This document shows positions 38,483-49,881 of a DNA stretch of 64,000 nucleotides, in pieces; the stretch's first letter is position 1; each line of letters opens with the position of its first letter. The notes below the pieces were generated by a model, which ran no database searches, was not told the origin of the DNA, and worked only from the letters and a program-made list of their open reading frames with translations. Made by a program: the position numbers and the translations under genes. The stretch is from assembly GCF_018350175.1 (NCBI RefSeq), contig NC_058368.1, positions 208,136,001-208,200,000 of the forward strand, written 5' to 3'. Origin of the DNA: Felis catus (Eukaryota).

Positions 38483-38817
38483 AAACTGACTTGCCTTCCT
38501 AACTTGAGCTAAAGGTTCTGACAGTGTTGGACAGTGATGTCACTTTGTTTCCTTTGAAAACTTAAAATACACTGTAATATCCCAGATGGCTTGCTTTTGT
38601 GCCTTGGGGCACCTCAGTGTGTCGATTGGGAACTGCAGCTCCAGCTCCGACTCTGTGTTCTGGGCTGGGCAGTCCTTGGGTCAGCCATCAGCCAGCTTAA
38701 ACTTGTGAGTGTCGGTGCCGTGCTGGACAGTGGGGGTGAACGGAGAGGCAGCATCCTCTCAAGGAACTTGGAGTCTGTGGGAGGAATTACAAAACTGGGA
38801 AGTGATGCCTGGGAGCC

Positions 38818-39030
38818 AGTGTCAGCAAGCTTTCCCTAGGAGGCCAGGTAGTAAATAAATCTTTTAGGCTTTGCTGGCCATGCAGTCTCTGTGGACGCTG
38901 CCCAGTCCTAACACTACAATGCAAAAGCAGCCACGGGCAGCATGTAACAAATGAGCACGGCCGTGAGCTAGTAAAACTTCATTCACAAAAGCAGACATGG
39001 CCCACGGCTCATTGTTTGTGCAAGCCCTGA
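38818..39030. mobile_element. hAT-Charlie MITE (MER58A-like)
   Basis: ttttaggctttgctggccatgcagtctctg...aaaagcagccac...aaatgagc...aaaacttcattcacaaaa. Confidence 0.72.
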
Positions 39031-42000
39031 ACTAGAGATGTGATTAAAGCGTGGAAGCAGAAGAAGGAGCCACTGACCTGCCGGGGAATCCCAGAAGGGA
39101 TCTCAGAGGCCACCCTGGGCTCTTCCTACCTCCTGCCAGGAGTTTCCCAAGTGAATGGAGGAGAGGAGGCGACAGAAAGCCATACAGAAAAGGAATTCCA
39201 GGCCCAAGGGAAATACTTGCAGATACAGGGAGTTGTGAAGGGGAGTGGCAGCTTGGAAATGGTAACTGTTAGAGGGGAGGGCACAGGGCTACAGTTCCAT
39301 GGATCATTTCTCTCATGTTTCCTCCCTCATTTTTTGGTGAATTGCATCCTCTAGTAGCCTCCGGAGAATAGGTGTGTGGAGGTGTAGCTTTTGAGTTCTG
39401 GCATAGCTTTATAAAATAGATTTTATCATCTCTCGTAATTAGTAGTTTGAGAATAGAATTCAAGTGTGAAAATAATTTTTGCACAGATTCTGGAGATGTT
39501 CTCTTTAGCTTTCAATGCCAAGGAGTCTGATACTCCCCCTCACTCCCCCACTGTGTCTGTGGACCACACACCCAGTGTCTCCTCTGCAGCCCGCTCTGAA
39601 GATAGTGCTGTCACTGTCCCTGTGTGCTGGCGGAGGGCTGGTCGGGTTCATGCAGCAAGTCCCAGCGTCCTGGTTTTAGAGAACTGTTCCCATAGTGTCT
39701 TATTTCCGAAACCTTGTATGGATGGCCTTCCCCTCCCTGGAAGGTTTTGAAATTTTCTTTTACACGGTTATTCTCAGTGATGTACTTTGTTGTAACTGTA
39801 AATTCACTGTGCTGAATACTTGCCCGGCTCTTTGAGAACTAGACTTTTTTGCAGCTGAATATATATATATATATCAACAATTCTTTGTCTTTGTTATTGC
39901 AGTTCTCTCTTAATTAATCTTCCCAAAACACCACTTCCTTCAAGCTTCTCTGTTCCTGAAAAACCTTTACTGCCTTTCCAAACCAGCCAGGTTTGTGTTT
40001 TTCATAGGTATGTCTCCCTCAACTCAAATCCCCACACTTGACTTAACAGCACAGTGGGGTCTCCCTAACTGCAAAGAAGTTTATGTTCCTGCCAAGCCTT
40101 CTTCAAAGGCAGTGCCCCGGAGCTGAAGATCTCATGTATAGGGGAGGTGGAGGTGGGGAATGCAGTTAGGAAACTAGCTGCTGGTCACAGTTCTTCAACG
40201 TTTTCTTTTGTCCTCTAATAGAAAAGAATAAAGAAGGGACACTAAAAGAGTATGAATCAGCAGTATGGATACTGTTTACTTTCCATTCAGTCTCCCTTGC
40301 TTGGGGGTAAACATTCCAGCATCTCTCCTGTGGGTTTGGTGATCTTGCCTTGTAGTTAAGTGGCTTTTCTCCCTCCAGTGTGCAGTTCCTTTTCTGAATC
40401 GGTGACAGGAAGTATCTCATGGTGATGACAAAAAGCTACATTCTCGGGATGAAGGATGCTCTGGGTCATCTGCATTCATGTCTCCCTGACTGAACAGGTG
40501 TTTCTCAAGCCCCTTCCCGCTGGCTGTGGTGCCACCCGGGCACTGTAGGGAGAGTCCTGCCGGCAGGATACACTAGCTCTCTGCCACATTTCCCCTTCCC
40601 TCCTCACCCCCCTCCCCCTCCTCCCTCCACCCCGCCAGAAGAAAAATCAGATCGAGCAAAATCTGTCTGGACCGCAGTTTCTGGTCCTTCTCTGCCTTTA
40701 GCTTTACTTCCCTCTTTTCAACCCTCTTTTCTAATTGTCCTCAGCAGAAAGGACCAAAACCTCATGTAGATTGGAACCAGGATTCTCAAAGCTGAGGAGG
40801 AAGCAATCCGAGTGCATACGTGGAGGTTCCATTTCCCCAGGAGGGGCGGAAAGCACTGCATGCGGGCTGGCCTGCGCTTCTCCGCAGCCTACGCGAAGTC
40901 AGGACGCAACGTAAAGAAACTAACTAAACCAGCGAAAAATAGATTTTTTCCTTTCGATTCCAGCAATTTTATAAATTGATTCTGCTTGATCTGTTTTCTT
41001 AAAAAGAAGATTTGTTGATGTTTTTTAATCCTTTAACATAATTGTATCGCATAAGAGACAGACTGGTGGCCCACGGGTGGGGTACCTTCTGAAGGCATAT
41101 TTTGTTTGGCCTTTAGAATGTCTAAAAAATACAAGTTAGTTCCTTGCATTTAACAAAGTTGAGCTTTTCATATACATCCCAGGTTTCTACCTTGGCTTGA
41201 AAAATAAAATCTGGCAGCATGAGGCCCACTGCTGCCACCTCTAGGCTGGGCGGGGAGCTCCGGTTTGTGCCTGCCCCTGTGGCCTGTCACTTCTTTTGTC
41301 CTCCAGGAATGTGCTGCTGCATTGGGCTGCCGCAGCATGCCACAGTGAGCCTCCTTTTGAAAATCAGCTCCTAAAGCTCTCTAAAAACGTGTTCTCCTCT
41401 AGGAATAAGGCATCCGGTGGGGAAAAAAGTAAATTTCTGGCAATGTTTCTATCGGAAGGGAGCAAAGACCAGTTTCACGTGTCCTTTTTCCATTAAAGTT
41501 CATTAGAAGGCTCTGTTCGTGTATTGTTGTGGTCTCAAGTGAGTCCCTTTGAAACTCTGCTTAGTAGTGAAGTCAGATCTATCACAAGCACAGTATCATA
41601 TGGCGCGAGTGACTTCCTCCGAATTTGCTACATAAGTGTTAAGGACAGAAGAAAGTTTTCTTTATCATCCTGCGTGTGTTCACTTAAGCAGGTGTTGGTA
41701 GCATTGCCATTGATTGTCCTGTTCCTGAGCACACCCAGCACCCCAGCCTGATGCTCGCTGACCTCATCAGTGGTGTCCTTGATCGCTGCCTGCGGTCGGC
41801 GCCGACCTTGTGCTGGTGTATCTGCTTGCTTGTTGCCTGCCAACAGGAGTGGAATATCACACCTTGACTTTGGGAAGTTTCTCGCTTGAGCCCCGAGTAG
41901 AGGCGGCTTCTGTGCTGCAGTCCCAGAGGCTGAGGCCGGGAGGGATCAAGTGATTTGCCTCAGTCATGCTGCTGATTAGCCTTGGAGCCAGGAGGAGAGT

Positions 42001-43369
42001 CTGCGTCCACAGGGTCTGGTCCAGAGCTCGCCTGCCTACATACCCCTCTTGCCACTTCACAGGACACATGTCTCCTTTCTAGAACAACTGTAAACTTGTA
42101 GTGAGGGACTGTTTCACCTCAAGCTAATGTTCAGCCAGTCAGTGAATGCGGTGTGTGGTTATTTCGGTTACGGTTTGGTCGCTTCCAGGGCTCCTTGATT
42201 CAGTTATTCCTGCACAGGCCATGTAATAATTCTGTAACTTTAGCAACTGGCATTTTAGACATTCCACGAATACATTTTCATTCTAATATGTGAGCGAGTT
42301 GACACCAGAAGTGACTAGGAAGTTACTCAGCCAGAAAATGGCTGAACACCTTTAAAATGTGTGCCCGTGCCTCTTGTTGTGTTTTGGTTATAATTATTTA
42401 AGCTACTCGAGATTGCTGTTCTGAGTTTTTAACAGTATTCAGCAGTAGCTGAGAAGTCTTGCCGTCTGCGTTTGCTAAGAAAAGTGTTTTCTGAATCCTC
42501 TTTTTGGGCTGCAGTTAGTTAGATGTTGGATCCTTTTTCCTCTCTCAAGTCCCTGCTCTTAACATCTCCTCTCACCTGTTCTGTTCTTGTCTTGGGTTTT
42601 TTCCTGAAAGATTGCTCTCAATGTTGTATCCGTTTTTAAAAAACTTTTAGTATCAGCCAATACATTTAACTTACAAGAGCTATTTTTATTCCTGATTATT
42701 CCTTTTTCATTGCATCTCTTCTTGTTTTTATGGCCGAGTCCTGTTCATTCTGAGAATACGATTTAGAGGTGGGTTTTCTCTTTGTGTTTCAGTTTTCCTC
42801 TTTTCCACGTTATCCCTTTTCTCTAGGAGTAATTTTTATTTTTGCCCTGGTGACCCTGTTTATTTGGAATTTCTTTTCATTGTTTTGGGCTCTGCCTGTA
42901 TGTTTTATGATCCTTGGTTGTCTGTTCCAGTATAAAAACGAGGCACTATTAGGTCTGACAAGGAGTTTTCAGTGCCTTGGAAGGACTCGTGTGTGGTGGG
43001 CTTCATCCCGGCAACAGCGAATGGGAACGTCATTCCTCTGAGGAACCCCTGTGTGTCAGATGCGGAAGCCTTTCCTCTTGGAGATCTGTGCCTTTGGTAG
43101 CTGCTCTGATTTCCTGGACAGTTCTTTTACATTCTGCAGGGAATGTGTCTTTGGGGAGTAGGAACACATCAAAGTTGAGGTCTTTAAACAAATCTCTGTT
43201 ATAAACAGACTGTCTGTAAACAGCCCCGTAAATCGTTGCCTCCCTCTTTATGGACCCAGAGAGGATTTAAATGGCACCACCATCCTTCCATTGTTGTGTT
43301 CCCACCAAATCTGATAGCCATCTTTGCTTCCTGTCTTTTCCCTCTATCTCACACAACACACTGAATACG

Positions 43370-43560
43370 CTCAGTACCACTTACCACGTGTGTGCTACTC
43401 TGCTAAGTGCTTTACGTTTATTTACTCCTTTAATCTTTACAAAAAACTTAAGAGGAAAATATTGTTATCACCATCACTTTACACATGAAGAAATTGAGGC
43501 ACAGAGAGGTTCAGGCCACACAATGAGTAGCACGGCTGGGCTTCAGCCCCAATCTGTGTT
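43370..43560 (-). mobile_element. MIR
   Basis: tgctaagtgctttacg...tttaatctttac...tttacacatgaagaaattgaggcacagagagg. Confidence 0.78.
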
Positions 43561-44078
43561 TTTTTCACCACACTGTCCTGCCTGCAGTGCATTGGGAAGA
43601 CCTTCCATCTCTAGAACAGAGCCTGCATGTGACTGCCTCTTCCACGTCTGCTCTTAGAATCCTAGCCTTCACCACTGGTGGTGATGTCACCTGCACTATG
43701 GTTTCCCTGCCTCTTCTCTCCTCCCCTGGAGCCCACCCTCCATGTAGCAGCTAGAGAAATCTCCCCAAAGTGCACGTCAGATCATGGATCTCCCCTGATT
43801 AAAACACAGCAGTGGATTCTTTTCTCGGAACTCCATATCGTTTCCATGGCCCAGAGGCCCTCTGTGGCCTGACCAGCCCACCTCCTCTTAGCCCCAGCCC
43901 CGGCCCCTCCTCCTGACGTTTGAACCTAGTAAGCTTGTCCTTTCTTAGGGCTTTGTATCTGCTGTTGCCTTTCTTTCCCCTGCTCTTATCATGGCCATCT
44001 TCTAGTTATAGTCAGGCCTCAGCTTAGCTAACATCTTCACTTACACACTCTCACACACATTGACTTATTCTAGTTTTT

Positions 44079-44277
44079 TTGGTTTTTTTTAAGTTTATTT
44101 ATTTATTTAGAGAGAGAGAGCCATGGAGGGGCAGGGGCGGGGGAGAGAATTCCAAGCAGGCTCCACGCTGTCAGTGCCGAGCCCGACGAGGGGCTCGAAC
44201 TCACAAACCGTGAGATCATGACCTGAGCCAAGAATCAAGAGTCGGAAGCTTAACTGCCTGAGCCACCCAGGCGCCTC
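44079..44277 (-). mobile_element. Can-SINE (older subfamily)
   Basis: TSD GACTT(A/C)TTCTAGTTTTT. Confidence 0.92.
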
Positions 44278-44911
44278 AGACTTCTTCTAGTTTTTAAAGC
44301 AGCTTTCAAGATCTGAAATTTCTTACTTGTTTGTATATGTGTATCTCCCAACTAGAGTCCAGGCTCCTTGAGGGCCAGGACTTGGTATGGCTCAGTGTGT
44401 ATCTCCAGTGCCTGGATGGGGACCCGTGCTTGGTACCCTGTCTCTAGGCATTTGCTGCTGACAAGTGTCTCTGGGAGCTCTTAGGCTGAACAGCGCCTGC
44501 CTGCATTGCAGCCACTCCCCATGGCACTCCAGGTTCAATCGCTGCCCATCTTCTTGTTTACCAGCAGCCCCTTTCCTCCCATCGTGGTGTTTGGTACACT
44601 TTCATCATTTCTGTGTTGTCAATACTTTTGTCACATCTGCAAACCCACTATACTACTATTTGTCCTAATTCTTTCTTTAAACTATTTAAGTTTATATGAA
44701 AGATAAACATATCACGGTATAAACAAAAAAGAAATAATGACTTGTCACAAATGACTATGTTAATTAAAATTTAAAATGTCATTCCGTACATCGTTTAAAA
44801 TTGTCAAAACTTCAATTTCATGTTCTGCTTTTCTATACTGAATAGTATTGGAGTGGAGAGTTATAAATATGTGCTTGGTTATAATCTTGAACTTGAAGCC
44901 CATCATTTGTT

Positions 44912-45125
44912 TAATTTTTTTTAATGTTTATTTTTGAGAGAGAGAGAAAGTGGGCAAGCGCACGTGAGCGTGCACAGTGGGGGAGGGACACAGAGAGAGA
45001 GGGAGACACAGAATCTGAAACAGTCTCCAGGCTCCGAGCCCATGCGGGGCTTGAACCCAAGAACCGTGAGGTCATGACCTGAGTTGAAGTTGAATGCTTA
45101 CCCGACTGAGCCACCCAGGCGCCCC
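44912..45125 (-). mobile_element. Can-SINE ending 228 bp upstream of LIFR exon 2
   Basis: Reverse SINE with a short internal deletion. Confidence 0.92.
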
Positions 45126-45353
45126 AAGCGGCTGTCATTGAAAGTTGAGCCTGTGACGGATCCCGGAAGCAGCCACTGTGTCTGAATGTTCACATCTCCT
45201 GAAGCCCGGGCAGCTTGAGTCTCGTGTGCACAAAGTTGTTCATGTAGAGTATGTTTCAGTATTCGCGCGGCTCTGTTTTCTGTGCCGGTGGGCACAGTAC
45301 GAGGGGTCTTTGGAGCACTTTGAGCACCGTTTGAAACTCTTCTCCTCGCCTAG

Positions 45354-45372
45354 GACTGACTGCTTGGCACGG
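45354..45372 (+). other. LIFR: 5' UTR part of LIFR exon 2
   Basis: Acceptor ctcttctcctcgcctAG|GACTGACTG at 45353/45354, 19 nt before the ATG. Confidence 0.88.
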
Positions 45373-45514
45373 ATGATGAACATTTCCTTACGTTTGAGAA
45401 GACCATCCCGGATGGTGGATGGTAAAAGGATGAGGATGACTTCAAGTTTCCAGCGGCTCTTACTAACATTTATTCTTCTGTATTTAATGAATCAAGTAAA
45501 TAGCCAGAAAAGGG
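45373..45514 (+). CDS. LIFR: LIFR exon 2, coding part: signal peptide MMNISLRLRRPSRMVDGKRMRMTSSFQRLLLTFILLYLMNQVNSQKR(G)
   Basis: ATG at 45373; hydrophobic core LLLTFILLYLM; donor G|GTAAGT at 45514/45515; 142 coding nt, phase 1. Confidence 0.95.
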
Positions 45515-45744
45515 GTAAGTACATCTGAGTCTTAGAGAATAAACTGATTGCAATGCCATTGCTATTTTTTGCCATTACTGTTTTGGTTATGAGGTGATCC
45601 TGTGTCTTTATTGAACCCTTCAGGTTTTCTGTGGTTAAAATCCATTTCTTTGCAATCTTTTTTTTTTTTTTCTGTGTACTTTTTGTTCTCTTTTATAAAG
45701 GCCCATAAAGGTAGATGTAAATATTCTTGCCCCATTTAAAAAAA

Positions 45745-45980
45745 TTAAGATATTATTTACATAAAATAAAATTCACCCTTTTAGGATAAAATTGTGTGAG
45801 TTTTGACAAATGTACACAGTCATGTAAACACCGGCACAATCAAGAAGTAGGACGTTCCTCATTCTAGAAAATTCTCCATGCTGCTCTGTATTTAGCCCCT
45901 CTCTCCCCACCTCCAGCCAACACTGACCTATGTTCTGTCTATAATTTTGCTTTTCTGAATGTCACATAAATGAAATCTAA
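45745..45980 (-). mobile_element. L1M-type 3' end fragment
   Basis: aaaattcacccttttag...gagttttgacaaatgtacacagtcatgtaa motif. Confidence 0.72.
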
Positions 45981-47111
45981 ACATCTTTCTTTAATAAAAT
46001 GCTGTGTTCGTCTTTTTTAAATATATTGAAAATGTTTGTGTAGATTTACTACCTCACTAATTTTTATGAAGAACATTATCCTTTTGCCCCTGAACTTATT
46101 TTTAATATTATTTCCATAATTAAACATCACTTTTCCCCCAGGATCACTGTTGAATAATTTTATTATGATTACTGATAATTTCTAATGTATTTCTAACGTT
46201 TTTGTTTTCTGTCATATAAATAGCTTTATAATTTATTGCTTTCCTAAATGCCATGCCCGTCGTGTGTAAAAACTAAAAAAATCTTTTTCAGAGACATTTA
46301 TATAGAGTCTGAGAGGGAATAACCTTTTTTACACTATAATTGCTTTATCCACTCCCTCCTTCCCTCTCTTCCTTCCTTTTGCCTTTTGTCCTCCCTCTCG
46401 TACCCTCCTTTTTTTTCATTTTCTTTTCAGCATGATAATTTTTCATTGTATAGTGCTTCTGTATTCCATGACCTTATATTATTTTATAGGTATGAATAAG
46501 CACTATTAGGATTATAATCTTCTGAGTCATTTGTTACTTTTCAGTTGTTTAGGCCTACACAAAAGACATATTTTTCAGACTCGTGTCAGTTCATTACTGT
46601 GTAAATGTCATATGCTTCATAAAAATCTAAAGATTGGTTATGGGGTTTCCATGCAGGTAGCAGTCTGGTAACAGGCAAAGAGACAGCAATGGCTACAAGT
46701 GCTCAGAAGCTGTGTTTGTGGGCATGGGGAACACGTAATTTTTGCTTGTAGTTATTTGTTTTGGGGGAAGGAATGGGGCCAATGGGGCTATTTAAAAAAT
46801 CTTCTAGGCCCTCTCTGGGTCTCATCCTTGGCTCTACCGTCCCTCCCTGCATTTATCTTAGTGGCTGGAGGTGGGACTTTGATGGAGGCCCAGTCCCTAA
46901 GTGGTCTAGTGGTTGGCCCACGTCCATCAGTTTCCTCTCATTTGTTAATCCACAGCTACAAAGAGAAATCTAAAACCAGTCCCTCCTGTGACTCTGCAGT
47001 CAGTCCTGCAGAAAGAACCTGGCTCCTGTGCAGACACATATGCTCATACTCATGACTAAAGATGATTTGATGTGTTGAGCTTTTTACAGTGCAGTTAAAT
47101 TATTAAGCATG

Positions 47112-47114
<3 letters not shown>

Positions 47115-47162
<48 letters not shown>
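47115..47162. repeat. (TG)24 microsatellite next to the exon 3 acceptor
   Basis: Directly visible. Confidence 0.98.
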
Positions 47163-47165
<3 letters not shown>

Positions 47166-47179
47166 CTCTCCTTCTCCAG

Positions 47180-47294
47180 GGGCTCCTCGTGATTTGAAGT
47201 GTATAACTAACAATTTGCAAGTGTGGGACTGTTCTTGGAAAGCACCCTCTGGAGCAGGCCATGGTACTATTTATGAAGTTTGCATTGAAAGCAG
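47180..47294 (+). CDS. LIFR: LIFR exon 3 (115 nt): (G)APRDLKCITNNLQVWDCSWKAPSGAGHGTIYEVCIES(R)
   Basis: Acceptor cttctccAG|, donor AG|GTAATA; class I cytokine receptor C-x9-C-x-W motif. Confidence 0.96.
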
Positions 47295-47569
47295 GTAATA
47301 GAGATACTTTGATTATTAGCTGTAACCTAAAGGTCTTCAATTGTAGAACATAGAGATTTTGTTCTAGAAATTTTTTAATGAAATTTTAAATCTTAGCTAT
47401 TTCCTAAAAAATCTGAATCTTATGTCAATCAAAGTGGAAAAAAACCCTTCTCCTGGTTAAAACTTTGATTCTTTTGTTATATGAATATTAAGTATGGAAC
47501 ACACCTTGAATATGTTGTGGATTCTGATCTGTAGAGAAGTTTTACTGGTCTGTCCCACACCATCTGCCT

Positions 47570-47970
47570 AGATCAGTTAGGTTGAGGTTTTGACTCTGCC
47601 AAACGGGAAAGGTCAGGTCTGGAGTAGGCAGTTCAAGGCTGACATGGTTGTTGATGAGAGACCCAGGTTCCTCTTTATCATGCTGCCGTGCCACCTTTGG
47701 CAGAGGGCCTCATGGTCCCAGGATGCTTGAGGAGTGGCCGTCATGTCTGCCTTTCCAGAAAGCAATGAGGAAAAGAAGGGTGATTTTCTTTAAGGAGATC
47801 TCTAAGAAGTCCCACACAACACGTCTTGCACCTGCTTGCATCTTTTTGGCAGAAGTCAGTCAAATGAGGAAGCCTCTTTGCATAAGAGGCGGGGTAGTGT
47901 GCCTGGATAAACCTGGGGTTAATGTAGGGAAAGGGAGAGTGGACATCAGGAGGCCAGTCGCAGGTCCCAC
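47570..47970. mobile_element. MaLR LTR relic (MLT1J/K-like)
   Basis: gacccaggttcctct...ctcatggtcccaggatg...ttggcagaagtcagtca motif order. Confidence 0.6.
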
Positions 47971-49741
47971 CACCTTCCCCCTCTCGGGCGATCTTGGAGA
48001 AGGCCACAAGCTCCGAAGCCTGGAGGTGAGGCCTTTGGGCTCTCTGCAAACCAGAACATTCTCTTCACTGTCCCTGACTCCACGGGCCCAGGAAAGTGGT
48101 TCAGCGACACCAGAGTTGTTCAGCACGGCGGCTCTGAGGCCAGTTGGCTGATGGGCGGTCCTAATGCGAATTGACATAAGTCTGCATTTAAGTACTGCTC
48201 AGGTTTTCCCCATTTGGTGTACATTTATTGAGCATTAGTCTAAGCTTTGTGGGAATTTGTCAACCAGGAGGAGCTTGGTTGTGTTGCAGAAACAGCTCTA
48301 ACATCTTATTTGCTTATTTTCTGCTGTGAAAATAAAGGCTTATTACCTGCTTTCGTCCTGTGGCCCTCTGGGGCCAGCTGGCATCTCTACCCCGAGTCTC
48401 TCCCGCAGGGCGCCCGGCCTAGGGCTCCCTCACCCTCCAGTGCATGAAGTGCTGGCTTTCAGAGCTTCCTTCCTGAAGTGACAGATGTGACTTTCACTCC
48501 CATTTCTCCACAAATAAAGTCGCATCGCTACGCCTTGCCTCAGAGGAGTGGGAAGTGCAGTCCTACTGTGAGTCCAGCAGGTCTGGGAGAACCTGACAAA
48601 CCTAGTAAATAACATGAGTGGCTTACCTCAGGCCACAGGGAGAGGGAGTTGTTCTGGCTCTCTGTTCACAGGAGACCAATCGTAGCAGTGCTGTGGGTCA
48701 GGTGCTGCCGGAAATGCGGAAATTCTATGTGAAGGGCCGACGGAGCACTGACTGAGGAGCGTGGGGTGCCGGAGAGGCTGTTGGAGGGGTGATTGCGGAG
48801 TACGAATTCCCGGTCTTCTCAGCAGCAAAAGGACAGAAGGACATTCCAGCCTGAAAGGATAAGGGCTCAGTGGCATAATGGAACTTATGAAATAGCACGA
48901 TTTAGCAAATTCAGGTGGTTCTGTGTTACTGACACCTAACGAAGCCTCCCGCTGTGAGGCTGAGAACAGGTGAGCCGACCTGTTCCGTGGTGGTCCCTCC
49001 TAGCGAGTGATGTGGAGAGGCCCGCTCTAGGTGCCGGGCAGGGACGCTGGGACGCCGGGACACCGCAGAGTCCCTTTGCTTGAGTTCAGATTTGCATGGG
49101 ACGTTAGAAATATACATGAATAACGGTAAAAATAATATAAATGCGCTCTTGAAAGGTTCAGAGGGCCGTGAAACCACAGAGGAGAGGAATGACTTTTGTC
49201 CAGGGGATAATGGGTGGGGAACTGGAAGAGCTTTGGAAACAGCGGATGAGAAAGTGTTGTTCAGACCAAACCGTGAGCCAAAACAGGAGCAGTGGCCAAG
49301 TCGAGGGTGTGTTTGAAGGGCCACAGACAGCCAGTTTCATTCTTGTCCTCTATCTGTGGAGCAGCCTCTGCACGTGAGACTCTGTGATGGTCTTCTGTAG
49401 AGGGGTGGGGGGTTAGGGGAGCAGGCGTGTGCAGCTCAAGGGAAGGCTGCAGAGGGAAGGCTGGTGGGAGTGTGAAGGGCATGCTGAAATCCTGAGTTTC
49501 TTGAAATGACCATCTCTGCTTATCACTCGACTCTCTGGCCCAATCTGGTTATTCATCCTCCATGTTGATGCACTTACCATTAACCTCTCTTTTCTCAGTC
49601 TTAAAACGCAGTGTAACCTATCGTGTTTCTGTATGAAAGAACAGAAAGTATTTCCTGGTGCATTTTGTGTTAATCAGGCTTTTATGAAAATTGCACTATT
49701 AGTTTTATCCACTAATTAAAATGTGATTTTTTATATTGCAG

Positions 49742-49881
49742 GTCCCGTTCTTGTTATCAGTCAGAGAAAGCAAATGCTAAAATCCCAGCTCTTTTACCTG
49801 GCGATCATGAAATAACCATAAATCGTCTATATGATTTTGGAAATCCTATAAGTAAATTCACACTAAATGAAAAAAATGTTT
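49742..49881 (+). CDS. LIFR: LIFR exon 4 (140 nt; absent from the ORF track): (R)SRSCYQSEKANAKIPALLPGDHEITINRLYDFGNPISKFTLNEKNV(S)
   Basis: Acceptor ttttttatattgcAG|, donor T|GTAAGT. Translated by hand; phases (2 in, 1 out) match the neighbouring exons. Confidence 0.95.

Noticed and set aside
45178..45353. Apparent 65-aa N-terminal extension of LIFR
   Set aside because: Lies mostly upstream of the exon 2 acceptor (intronic) and does not begin at an ATG.
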